Made by a program: the position numbers and the translations under genes. Below, piece by piece: positions 24,400 through 35,558 of a stretch of DNA of 44,017 nucleotides. The stretch is from the NCBI RefSeq assembly GCF_004010195.1, contig NC_057719.1, forward strand, positions 61,804,256 to 61,848,272, in the 5' to 3' direction. The notes under the pieces were generated by a model. The model had not been told where the DNA came from, did not search any database, and saw only the letters and a list, made by a program, of their open reading frames with translations. Positions within the stretch are counted from its first letter, which is position 1; the number at the start of each line of letters is the position of its first letter. Source of the DNA: Chiloscyllium plagiosum (taxonomy: Eukaryota).

Positions 24400-25265
24400 G
24401 AATGAAATTATGATGGTTAACAGTTGTTTCCAGATTGGAGGAGGTTTTCTTAATTTATAAATGACCTTGGTTTGGGTATACAGGGAACAACTTCAAAATT
24501 TGCAGATGACAAAAACCTGGGAGGAACAATGGACATTGAGGGTGATTGTTAATGACAAGAGCAACAAACAAGCTGGTGGAGTTAGTTGACACCATTATAT
24601 GAAATTTAATGTAGTGAAGTGCAAAGTGATGTGTTTTAAGGCGGCTGAGGGGATAATTTTAAAGATGAAGCTAACATCAGGGACTTGGAAGTACAAGTGT
24701 ACAAATCATTGACACTGGTAGACCAGATCGAAAATGCAGTTAATAAGGTATACAGGACCCCATATTAGTGACAAGTACGAAAGCAAGTAAATTATAATGA
24801 TCCTTCATAAAATACTTGCTCAGCCTCAAATGGAGTATTGTAAGAATTCTCACTTTAGGAAGGATGTCTGGTTACAGAGAAAAAAATAATTACATGAATG
24901 ATTTCAGGAATCAGGGAGGTTCAGTCATCTTAAAAAAAAATTAAGAGGAGACATGTGGATTTAATCGAGAAACTAGTTTCAATGTTAGGAGGATCAAGCA
25001 CCATGACCCCACTTTACGTGAATAGCAGAACAAAAGTTCACATGAAGAACTTTTTTTTTGAAGATAATGTTTAAGATTTGGAATGCATTACCTGAGAATG
25101 TGTGGAGAAAATGCAATTGTGGGGTCCAAAAGGGAACTGTATACAAAGCCAAAAACAAAAAGAAATTGTACAACTATGGTAAAAAAGTAGGGGATGTATA
25201 TCAGTTTTTAGAAAGGCTGCCATAGATAAGCAAATAGTCTCATTCTGTACTGGAACCATCTATGC
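24400..25265 (+). mobile_element. Old CR1 RT and 3' region
   Basis: tcaaaatttgcagatgacaaaaacctg (SKFADDKNL), MKFNVVKCKVM and IWNALPE. Confidence 0.8.
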
Positions 25266-26501
25266 TTTTATGAAAAACCTAAACTGAAATATAACTGTAT
25301 AATGAATCACAAAAACATTGCATTATCAAGCAAGACGTGCTGATAAAATTATGAATACAATAAAATCAGCATTAGACAATGCAAAACACATCAGCAAGAC
25401 TACCAAAAGCTTTCTCCAAATTTTGTTTTTGGATTGCACAACATAACTTGTAAAAGACAACTGTCAAACTCAGTACCTTCCATTCATACTCAGGGTTAAA
25501 GACCAGCTCCTCTTAAAATGGAAAGGTAACATACAATTCAAATGCCTGGAGGAAACAAACTACTGACCTGTCGATACTCATTCCCTTTTTCCAAAAATAC
25601 ATGAATACATGATTTAATCTACTTCATTGCAGTCACATTTATTGCTGGGAAGTTGGTGCATTCAACTTCTTACATTCGTCCCTTTTTATTTTGCATACCT
25701 GAAATGCCCCAGTTCACTATTTTAAGCTGCTTTTTCTAAGAAATGGAATTGTCCACAAATAATTCATGAGTATTTACACTCTTATCCATGCCTAGTCTCT
25801 AAGAAAGAAATAACATTTTGTCTTATTGGGTATAAACTGTGCACAAAGAGATCTGAGGGTCATCAACTGCCAGGGATAAACAGGGCTGTTATTCGCTGTT
25901 CTAAATCTTGGATACTGCTTTTCCGACCAAAGATTGAATGGCGGTGAACAATTAAGCAATCAACTAAGCAATATCTCAATGCTGACAGAGACCAGCCCTT
26001 AAAAGGCAAGCCCCAAGACATCACTACAGTAATGTAATAGGACCAAAGATCTTCAACTGGCCTTTCAATAAACTTTCCTCTATCTGAAGTAGGACTGCTT
26101 ACTCATGATTATGCGGTGTTATTTTCATTCAGAACTCCTCAGAGACTGAAAAATGTAATGGAATATTTAGCAAAATCCATACAACTTTCAATCATGATAA
26201 ATGACAAGCTCGAAACTTCCAAACAATGGCCTCTCCAACAAGACAGTCCAACTCCCACCTTCCTGTGACATTCCTAATACTTTCATCATCAAATCCCTCA
26301 CTAACACTGGCCAGGAACTTAATATAAATACTGACACAGTAACAGATCAGAGGTTGGATATTCTACATCAAATGTCTCACCTCCAAACTTATCCATGTTT
26401 TTTTTTCCTATAAGGTACAAGTCAGGAATGTGATGGACGAATACCATTGCAACAACAATTTAGGGGAGGCATAGTGGTGTCACTGGACCTAGTAACCAAG
26501 A

Positions 26502-26686
26502 TCAGGCAGCATCCAGGGAACAGGAGATTCGATGTTTCGGGCACAGGCCCTTCTTCAGGATTCCTGAAGAAGGGCCTGTGCCCGAAACGTCGAATCTCCT
26601 GTTCCCTGGATGCTGCCTGACCTGCTGTGCTGTTCCAGCAATAAAGTTTCAACTTTGATCTCCAGCATCTGCAGACCTCACTTTCT
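26502..26686 (+). mobile_element. Penelope-derived fold-back mini-element C (young)
   Basis: 59-bp arms (26502-560 / 26562-620) with one mismatch, plus a 66-nt unpaired extension. Perfect 17-bp flanking direct repeat CCTAGTAACCAAGATCA at 26488-504 and 26687-703. Confidence 0.9.
26559..26596 (+). ncRNA. Intact minimal hammerhead ribozyme motif
   Basis: GATTC-CTGAAGA-A-GGGC-CTGT-GCCC-GAAA-CGTC-GAATC: 5-bp stem I, 4-bp stem II, predicted cleavage after C26591. Confidence 0.8.
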
Positions 26687-28155
26687 CCTAGTAACCAAGA
26701 TCACCAGACAAGGCTCTGGGGACAAGCATTCAAATCCCAACCCGATTCATTAGTGTCCTTTATGGAAGAAAATAAGCATTTCCTACCGAGTCTGGCCAAT
26801 GAGTGACTGCAGACACATAATATGTTGACTCTTAACTGCCCTCAATTAGGGATGGATTATAAATGCTGGCTGAACCATCGATACCCACATTCCATGAATG
26901 AATTAAAAAGTTCAAAATATGATGGCAACTTTGATGACATTGAGCTTATCATTGACTAGAACACTATCAACCATCTCCAACTGCTTCTCCCACTAGTAAA
27001 GCACCTTCAGTGTCGCATCTACATAATGCATTGCAGCAACTTGCCAAAGCTAGTTTAGCAGCTTCTTTCAATATAGTGACTGCTACCACCTAGACAAGGA
27101 CAGGGGACGCATGAAATCACCACCACAAATTGACCTTGCCGACTTGGAAACGTGTACTTTACCACTGGGGCAATATCTGGTAACTGCCTAGCGAAAAGGA
27201 GTAAAGCGCCACCTTCTAAGGGACTGCAGTGGTTTATCAAAGTGGCTCATTATTACCTTCCCAAGGGCATCTAGACATTGGTTATAAAACCTGCCTTGCC
27301 AGTGGTGCCAAGAATAAAAAAAGAGGAAAATTGTCTTAAATGGTCTGTGAACCTACTGTTGTATATTTGGAAGAATCTAATGCTTCTTCCATGTAACTCA
27401 TTACAATGAGCATGAAGGCAACATGTTTATTACAACGGTGTTAAGTACTTTGCAGGGATTATCCAATTTCTGCTGTATAAACATCATATTCATTCAAATT
27501 AAAGGGGTATTCTAAGCAGTCTGTTTTATAATTAATTAGGTTTAAGGTTTCGAAAAGGTTCTTGCGGTGAAAATTTGGGCTATGTGAGAATTTAAAATAA
27601 CATGGGGCTTTGGAGAATTCCTTTGGGGAGTTAAGTGCTCAAACATTTTTGCAACAATTGATTGATGGGAAAGCTCTGATAATCTTATGTCTGAAAAGAA
27701 ACTTGCATTTTGAAGATGTCATTTTGTAGTGTGGCATCCATTGTGTCATCTTGTTGAGAGAGATTCGGACTCGGCGTTATCTGCTGATATCAATAGATTT
27801 CTCTTCTTTCACAACTCTATTTTACTCAAGTATTACTTCAGTTAAAACAATTAGAGCTGATTGAGTTAAGTTATGCAAACATCATTTCATTGTTGACAGC
27901 AAAATCCAGTCATGTACTCCAAAAGATAAGGCAACCAAATTCACAAGTTTCAGCCCAATCTGAAAAATTGCATATTCATTGCATCCTTATGAGGACAAAT
28001 TCCTGCAGACTGAAATCTCTTCCTTCAAACACTACCAGCAATGCTTACTTGTCATCTTCACCTGAGTCGAGCGTCTTTGGTTTGTATTCTACATATTAAA
28101 GGAACTTTGCCTCTTTGATCTAATTTTTCAGTGACCAGATAAGCTTTTGACCTAC

Positions 28156-28261
28156 CTGTTTAAATGGGTAATAATGTATTTGAAAACTTCATAGTTTACT
28201 GCAGGAAACTTCTTCAACAATTCCTTGAGAGCATTCAGCTTTTCTGTCCTGTCTGTCAGTC
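28156..28261 (-). CDS. ARHGAP5: ARHGAP5 penultimate coding exon
   Basis: 106-bp exon with polypyrimidine tract and CAG acceptor (28262-64) and GTAGGT donor (28154-55). In frame with both neighbours: (R)[34 protein letters not shown](R). Confidence 0.95.
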
Positions 28262-28511
28262 CTGCAAGAGAAAAAAAAAGTTTTACTTTTTTCTCCTTTA
28301 TTATCAATTTATTTTGGCAAAAACTTTCATAGTTCCAAGATCAAACCTTAGGAGATAAACATTTGGCAGTATAGGTGAAATGAACACATAACCAGCTCGC
28401 CCTGCAATTCCTTGCTTTGTAAGGTGTCTTTGTTGGTCGAACAAGTCATTCTTCAAGTACTAAAAGAATTTACATATTCAGTGGAAATAGAAGAAAAAGC
28501 ATAATGACGGT

Positions 28512-29385
28512 ACAAAATTGGCCTTTAGAACTTCAACTTTTAGATCTGGTCTATCCTTTTCCATCATTATTTTAAAACAAATAGAATTATGGCTGCTGGC
28601 CCCAAAGTGCTCCCCCACTGACACCTCAGTCACCTGCCCTGCTTTATTTCCCAAGAATAGGTCAAGGTTTGCACCTTCTCTAGTAGGTACATCCACATAC
28701 TGAATCAGAAAATTGGCTTGTACACACTTAACAAATTCCTCCTCATCTAAACCTTTAACACTATGGCAATCCCAGTCTATGTTTGGAAATTTAAAATCCC
28801 TTACCATAACTATCCTATTATTCTTACAGATAGCTGAGATCTCCTTACAAATTTGTTTCTCAATTTCCCTCTGACTATTGGGGGGGGTCTAAAATACAAT
28901 CCCAATAAGGTGATCATCCCTTTCTTATTTCTCAGTTCCACCCAATATACCTCAGTCCCTGGATATATTTCCGTAAACACCCTCCCTCAGCACAGCTGTA
29001 ATGCTATCCCTAATCAAAAATGCCACTCCCCCTCCTCTCTTGCCTTCCTTTCTATCCTTGCTGTAGCATTTGTATCCTGGAACATTAAGCAGCCAGTCCT
29101 GCCCATCCCTGAGCCATATTTCTGTGATATGCTATGATATCCCAGTCCCAAGTTCCTAAACATGCCCTGAGTTCATCGGCCTTCCCTGTTAGGCCCCTTG
29201 CATTGAAATAAATGCAGTTTAATTTATTAGTCCTACCTTGTCCCTGCCTGCCCTGACTGTTTGACTCATTTCTGTTGTCAGTTGTACCCGTCTCACATCG
29301 ATCTCTTTCCTCACTATCTCCCTGGATCCCCCCCCCCCCCCCCCCACCTTACTAGTTTTAATCCTCCCAAGCAGTTCTAGCAAGA
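28512..29385 (-). mobile_element. CR1 ORF2 endonuclease region with poly-C tract (29328-46)
   Basis: ORF 28478-28807 has DFKFPNIDW..QYVDVPTREGANLDLFLGN..GEHFGASSHN. Confidence 0.9.
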
Positions 29386-29479
29386 TTGTGTATAAAAGCT
29401 AAATACAGATATCATGATGATTTTTAATAGTACAGGTGTCAAATCTAGATGTTGGCATACAATGTATCCTTACAAAACT

Positions 29480-30230
29480 TTTTGAAGAAACAAAATTTGG
29501 AAGCATTGTGAACTGTAAGGATTGAAAGGACAGGTCAGTTGGTGAAATGGGCAGAGAATGAGCAGATGAAATTCAATGTAGATAATAAAGTAAAGTTGTC
29601 AGAAGTCTTACTAGACCTCAGGGAGCACTGAGAGCAACTGGACCTAGGTGTAGATCGTACACACATGCCATCACTGTGTGTTGGTAGAGGATGGAGTGAA
29701 TTGTGAAGGTCGAGGAGGGGATGCCAATCAAGTGGGCTGCATTGTTTGGAATGGCTTGGTCTTTTTTTTCTTGACAGGACATTCCTGGGCAATTTTCCAC
29801 ACTGCCAGGTATATTCCAGTGTTGCACATATACTGGAATAGCTTGGTTAGGGCACATCTAATTGTGAAGTATACATCTTTATTACTATTGTTGGAATGTT
29901 GTCAGGAGCTTTTCGCCTTTGCATTATCCAATGCTTTGAGTTTTTCTTGACACTGCTGACAGCACTGTACTAGCTGAAGTCTGCCATCCATAATACAAGG
30001 GACATCAGCAGAAGGCAGAGGTGTATCATCCATTCCTGTTAATTTTGGAACAGAACTTTTGAGCAAGATTAGTCATTCAGCCCTCTGAGACTGCTCTGCC
30101 ATTTAACAAGATGGCTAATTGTGCTGGGGTCACAACTCCATTTGTTTGTCTGTCCTATCTATCAGCACCTAACTCTGCCTTGAACATTTCAATAACTGCA
30201 CTGTTTTCTGAGGAATCACTGACAATGAGG
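29480..30230. mobile_element. Cluster of short CR1 and L2 remnants
   Basis: VKWAENEQMKFNVDN (CR1, +, 29480-29620), L2-like minus piece 29630-30030 (NNAAHLIGIPS..HSILYQHTV) and a CR1 tail at 30050-30230. Confidence 0.55.
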
Positions 30231-30277
30231 ATATTTATGGAGCCATTTAGCACAGTGGTACTGCCACAAAACATTAA

Positions 30278-31218
30278 TGTTGAGGCCATCATTATTTTTC
30301 TTTTATTTTGCTCATTTTTGGTTTGGCACTCTGGATTGCAGTTGAGAATTGAACAGCAGCTTGTTTAAGAGAAGAGAACAAAATACTAACGATTACTGTC
30401 AGGAATTGGCCTGGGAAGATAAAGCAAATTAATTAATACTCTAAGACGACTTTAGGCAAACCAGCAGAGAAACTGTTATGCTCAGCGACTGGCAGCTGGT
30501 TGAATGCTGAATTGGTTCATCAGTGGGAGGAACAGTACCTGCCAGTGAGCCCCAGAAAATGTTGTAAGACAGAAACCAAAGGGTGAACCAGCTTTTGAGT
30601 GAATATTTTGGGAAGGAGACAGTGTTGCTTTGGAAGCTATAGGATTGTTTCAGTTTTTGCTCTCTCTAGTTATTCTTGAGTTATTGACTTGTTGAAAGTT
30701 CAGAGACAAAAACTCCAGGCCATTAGAAATAAGGAAAAGTCTCAGGAGGTCTGCTGAAATTATTTGTGGTGACCAGTAACTTCGCAATTCAAGCAAAATA
30801 CAATCCTACATAGCTGTAATACAGTCCATCAGATTTCATGAAGGCTTGGTGCTCATCAGTGAAATGGTTATCGAACTGACAACTTAGGATTCTTTTATTT
30901 TTTAAAAATATTATCCCTTAACTGCGTCAATCTGTCTTTCTGTTGGTGCTAGTGAGTTTCGTAACGAAAGAAGATTGGGTTTAGATCATAATATTAATCA
31001 GATTGCCTTGTAGTTCATCCATGTTCTGCTAAAGTTACATTAATAACAATAATAAATTGTTAACTTTTAAGTCATAAACTAAGATCAGTTATTTATAAAG
31101 TCTGGTTAGGAACATTTGCGCAATTTCAAGGATCACTGAATGTTTTCATTTCATGTGTTTATGAATCCAAAGTTAATGGAACAGATTTGGTCTGGCTTGC
31201 TATCCCTGTCTTATAACA
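30278..31218 (+). mobile_element. Probable solo LTR
   Basis: Non-coding ~940-bp block with TGTT...AACA ends and AATAAA at 31051-56. No clean TSD. Confidence 0.45.
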
Positions 31219-31254
31219 CTAGTAATAATAATTTTTAAAATCCTATATTTTATT

Positions 31255-31670
31255 AATACAGGCATAGATTACAAGATCATGGAGGTTATGGTCAATAAGT
31301 ATAATACATCAGTTCAGCCTCAACTAGAGTGTTGTGCACACCCTGGACATATTTTAACAAAGATAAGAAGGCATCAAAGGCAGCATACCAAATTAAATCA
31401 ATGCAAAATTTCAGGGTCAATGAACATGTCACATAAATAAATGGGAGAGTGTGGCTGTTTTCTTTGGAGAAAGTAAAATTGAAAGGAGAATTGATGAAGA
31501 TATTCACAATCATGAAAGATCCGGAAACTGCAGTTACAAAATATGTTCCCAATGGTGGAAGGATCGGATATGAGAGGAAACAGATTTAACATAATTGACA
31601 AAACAAAAAATGGAAACACGAAGAGAAACTTGTTCACTTAGTGGTCAAGATCTGGAATCCATTTTCAGAG
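31255..31670 (+). mobile_element. Old CR1 3' region
   Basis: LFSLEKVKLKGELMKIFTIMK and VVKIWNP. Confidence 0.7.
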
Positions 31671-31679
31671 ATGCAATCA

Positions 31680-32870
31680 CAAGACCGCAAGATATAGGTT
31701 CAGAATCAGGCCATTCAGCCCATCGAGTCTGCTCAACCATTTAATTAGGCTATTATGTTTCTCAACCCTGTTCTCCTGTATTCTCACCGTAACCCTTGAT
31801 CCCCTTATTAGTCAAGAACCTACCTTAAATACACTCAGTGATTTAGCCTCCACAGCCTCCTGGTGCAATGAGGTCCACAAATTCACCACACTCCAGCTAA
31901 GAGAATTCCTCCATCTCAGTTTGGAAAGTTCATCCCTTTACTCTGAAGCTGTACCCTGAGGTTCTAGTCTCTCCTACTGTTGGAAACATCTCTATATCCA
32001 CTTTATCTGGCTTCTCAGTATTTCTGTAAGATTTGATCAGAAACCCATCATCCTTCTAAACTCCACTGAATACAGACCCAGAGTTCTCAACTGCTCCTTG
32101 TATGACATGACCTTCATCCCAAGAATCATTCTTCTAAAGTTATTGTGGAATCCCTTGAAGGCCAGCATATCCTTACTTAGAAAGGGAGTCCAAAACAGCT
32201 CACAACATTCCAAGTGTGATCTGACCAGGACCTTATACAGCCTCAACACTACATTTCTGCTTTTATATTCGAGCCCTCCTGAAACAAATGCTAACATTAC
32301 ATTTGCCTCCCTAACTGCCAATTGAACCTGCATGTTAACCTTAAGAGAATCCTGAACTAGGACTCCCAAATCCCTTTGTGTTACAGATTTCGAAAGCCTT
32401 TCCCCATTTATAAAATAGTCCACGCCTCTATTCTTCTTACCAAAGTGTATAACTCAACTTCCACGTTATATCCCATCTGCCATTTTTCTGCCTACTGTCC
32501 TAGCCTGTCCAAATCTCTCTGCAGCCTGTCCACTTCCTCAACCCTGCCTTTCCTTCAGCCTATCTTTGCGTCATCAACCAACCTGCTAAAACTTGGTGCT
32601 GGTAAAAGTACAGCAGGTCAGATAGCATCTGAGGAGCAAGAGAGTAGGCGTTTCAGGTATAACCCTTCTTCAAGGCTCAAGGGTCTTGAAGAAGTGTTAT
32701 TCCCGAAACGTCAACTCTCTTGCGCCTTGGATGCTGCCTTAACTGTGGAGGTTTTTTTCCAGCACCATGCTTTATCAACTCTGACTCTCCAGCATCTGTA
32801 GTCCTCACTTTCTCGTCATTATCAAACTTAGTTACAATGCCCTCAGTTCCTTCATCCACATCATTCATGC
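31680..32870 (-). mobile_element. CR1 3' portion interrupted at the FADD motif by PLE fold-back E
   Basis: ORF 32037-32423 has QRDLGVLVQDSLKV..LYKVLVRSHLE; ORF 32677-32883 starts MNDVDEGTEGIVTKFDND. Confidence 0.9.
32590..32813 (+). mobile_element. Penelope-derived fold-back mini-element E (older)
   Basis: ~81-bp imperfect arms (32594-674 / 32685-767), TTGAAGA..GAAACGTC cores, tail TCCAGCATCTGTAGTCCTCACTTTCT and a degenerate 16-bp TSD (32569-84 / 32814-29, 12/16 identical). Confidence 0.8.
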
Positions 32871-33254
32871 ATAATTGAAGCATTTAATTGAAAGTTATCT
32901 GAAAAGGTAGAATATTCAGGAATGTGGGTGAATTCAGGGGAGCATCACTGGGTGCATTTCCCAGTTGCAGTGCCAAAAGCATGATAAGCTGGAAGGGCTT
33001 CTTCAGAGTTAACAATTCTGATTCCACATTCCCCCAATACCAAGTTAGTTATTTATTCTTTGTATGTTTCAACTGCAGAATATTCTTTCCAAGTATTTTG
33101 AAAAGCGAACCAATTATGAAATATCAACAAAGATGATAATGCAAAACAGCAAGTTTAATTTTTTTTAAAATCAGTCGTTGAGAGAATTGCAACAAAAGAA
33201 CACAGAAATTTCCTAATTTCTTTTTCTGTTCTCAATTTGTGCACCACTCACTTT

Positions 33255-34450
33255 CTTACCAGAGTTAACGCAACAAATCCAGACTCCTCTTTGGAACTGA
33301 AGCGGGCTGAAAACAGATGAAATTTATGCAGTAGAGAAAGGGGGAGGATGAATGAGTAGAAAAGGGTGAGGGTGCCAGGAGCAAAAGACAAAGGTACTGT
33401 CAATGGTGACAAAGGAAAGATGTAAAATCAGTGTGAATGGTAGGTCTGAAGAGGAGAAAATAGGTCAACTCTGTTGAGTCCAAACCCAAAACAATGAGGG
33501 GGCAATCCAAATGGAGATTATTGTTATTGCTCTGAAGTTGTGGAAGTCAATGTTCAGTGTTGAAAGTTGGAAGTGCATAAGCAGAAAATGATGTGCTATT
33601 CTTCCAGATGCTGTTGAATTCATTGGAATACTGTAACAGGCCCACAACGGACACGTTATTATTGGATCAAAATAGTTTATTGAAATGACAAGCAAATGGA
33701 TGATCAGCGTCATTGCACACAGCTGAAGTCTCTGTCAACTTGGTAGGAGAAATTGCTCGGTTGGAGAAAATGTAGAATTGGTCAGAGGTACCTCTGTGGA
33801 TGACAGGATCATCAGAACAGATGCAGCAGAGATTGAGAAACTGGGATGTTGGAATGGAATCCTTGCAGGAAGTAGGTTGTGAGGAAATATAGTCAAGGTA
33901 ACTGTGTAAGTTGGTAGGTTTGTCGTGTATATTGTGGACAGACATAACACAGATGTAGAAACAGTGAATGTGAGGAAGGCTAGAGAATAATCAGGGATAC
34001 AACTGCGTGAAGGTGACAAAAGAATGGAAACTGGAAGCAAAACTGATGATTTTTTCCAATTCTGGATGAGAGTTAGAAGCAGCATCAATGATATAATCAA
34101 TGCACCAGAGAAAGTGTTGAGAGGAAACCAAGGATGTCTGGAACAAGAAACTTTTCATAAAGTCCACAAATAGACAGGCATAACTGGGAACCATGCAGGT
34201 ATTCATCATCACAACTTGAATCTGGAGATGGTAAGATTAAGTCAAAACAGAAGTTGTTTGAAGTAGAGAAGAACTCAGCGAGGCAAACAAGACTGCTGGC
34301 GAATGAACACTTGCTCAGGTTTGCATTCAAGGAAAAAACAGACAGCCTTCAGACCACCTTGATGGAAGATGAACTTGTAGAGAGATTGTACATGCATGGT
34401 GAGAAGGCAACAGCTGTGGGCAAGAAATTGGAAAGTGTGGACTTGATGTA
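33255..34450 (-). mobile_element. Decayed Penelope-like element body (RT C-terminus, GIY-YIG end, 3' region)
   Basis: MVPSYACLFVDFM, KPTNLHSYLDYISSQPTSCKDSIPTSQFLNLCCICSD, HPFACHFN and LNIDFHNFRA. Confidence 0.8.
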
Positions 34451-34489
34451 AAAGATCAGAAAGATTTCAAATTCCGATTCTTACGGAAA

Positions 34490-34985
34490 TTTACCACCCC
34501 ATTGTATGTGCCCATGCAATTACAAGAAGGTGGAATATTTGGACTTCTCCCCCTGCCTCGTCACTGTCCAAGGTTCAAAATGCACCTTAACGATGACGAA
34601 TTGGTTTACTTGTACTTCTTTCCACGTAGCCTTTTGTATTTTCAGCTCACAATATGGCCTCCTATACAATGACAAGATAACACAAAGTCTAAGTGGCCAC
34701 ATTGAAAAACCCCTTTGATCTGCCAGTACGAATGACCCTGACCTTTCAGTTCCTTGTCATCAGTAAATCATCTTGCTTTCATGTTAACATTTCCATTCTA
34801 GGACCTTGACGCAAGCTGGAGAAACACCTCATTTCCTGCTCAGAGACTTTACAGTCTTTGGGGCATGAACACTGTCCTCCATTTTGGCTTAATTCTGTTT
34901 CACCCTTCACTGATGCTGCTGGGCCTACTGAGATTCTCCAGCAATTTCTGTTCTTATTCCAACATCCGCCGTATTTTGCTTTCAG
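34490..34985 (+). mobile_element. Penelope-like GIY-YIG endonuclease and 3' tail, inverted relative to its neighbour
   Basis: ORF 34506-34718 has VQGSKCT..FTCTSFHVAFCIFSSQYGLLYNDKITQSLSGHIE, then KLEKHLISCSETLQ. Tail GATGCTGCTGGGCCTACTGAGATTCTCCAGCA. Confidence 0.75.
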
Positions 34986-35558
34986 TTGTTTCTTCTCGAC
35001 TTGTGGAATGGAAGTTTATTTCTTCTGGCAAGTGTATTTTCCAACATTCTGAGCCATTTGTGACAATTTGAGACCCTTTTTATTCAAACATTCTTAGTTG
35101 TCAAGGAGGAAAGAACCAATACACAATCTCAAATCTTCCCACAGATGAATAAGGTGATTTTAGAAATGCAACACTCATGTCTCTTCAGGTACTCATTAAA
35201 GTGGAGCATGAAACATACTCAATTTACACCTCCAAGCAACAAGGCAGCAGGTAGGTGGGGTGCAGAGATGAAAGTTACACCATTTTTCTTCTTTTTCTCC
35301 CCCTTGGGATTTTTCCTACTTCCTAATATCTATAATTCAACTAAACAGCATTTGCATAAATACTCAGCACAAGTATTCAATATTACCAGATTAACGCTCA
35401 AAATAAGCTTTCTTTACATTTTATTCAATGTCAAATTAATCTTCAAAAATGAATGTTTGAAATATCACAAATGTAAACAAACATTGTGGAACATGCCCAT
35501 AAATATCCTTAAGATCAGTAGCGTTTACTTATTAAAGAAAAAAACTCATGCGACTTAC

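Larger units (their letters stand above)
26465..26910 (+). mobile_element. tRNA-derived SINE with L2-type tail, interrupted by PLE fold-back C
   Basis: A-box-like GGCATAGTGG (26468-77), B-box-like ATTCAAATCC (26728-37), tail AATTAGGGATGG..AAATGCTGGC..CCCACATTCCATGAATGAATTAAAAA. Confidence 0.7.
25930..27322 (+). mobile_element. L2-like LINE remnant interrupted by a SINE
   Basis: YKVQVRNVMD at ~26410-26440. Homology resumes at ~26940 and ends in a tail similar to the SINE's, followed by an A-run at 27315-22. Confidence 0.55.

Noticed and set aside
29328..29346. Poly-C tract as a regulatory element
   Set aside because: It lies within a CR1 near the ORF1/ORF2 junction, where C-rich runs also occur in the copy near 19270; simple slippage expansion explains it.
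5870..32813. Fold-back elements as CRISPR repeats, DNA-transposon MITEs or miRNA precursors
   Set aside because: They are not arrayed with spacers. The arms are asymmetric with an unpaired tail and long, variable TSDs, and one copy holds Penelope coding sequence.
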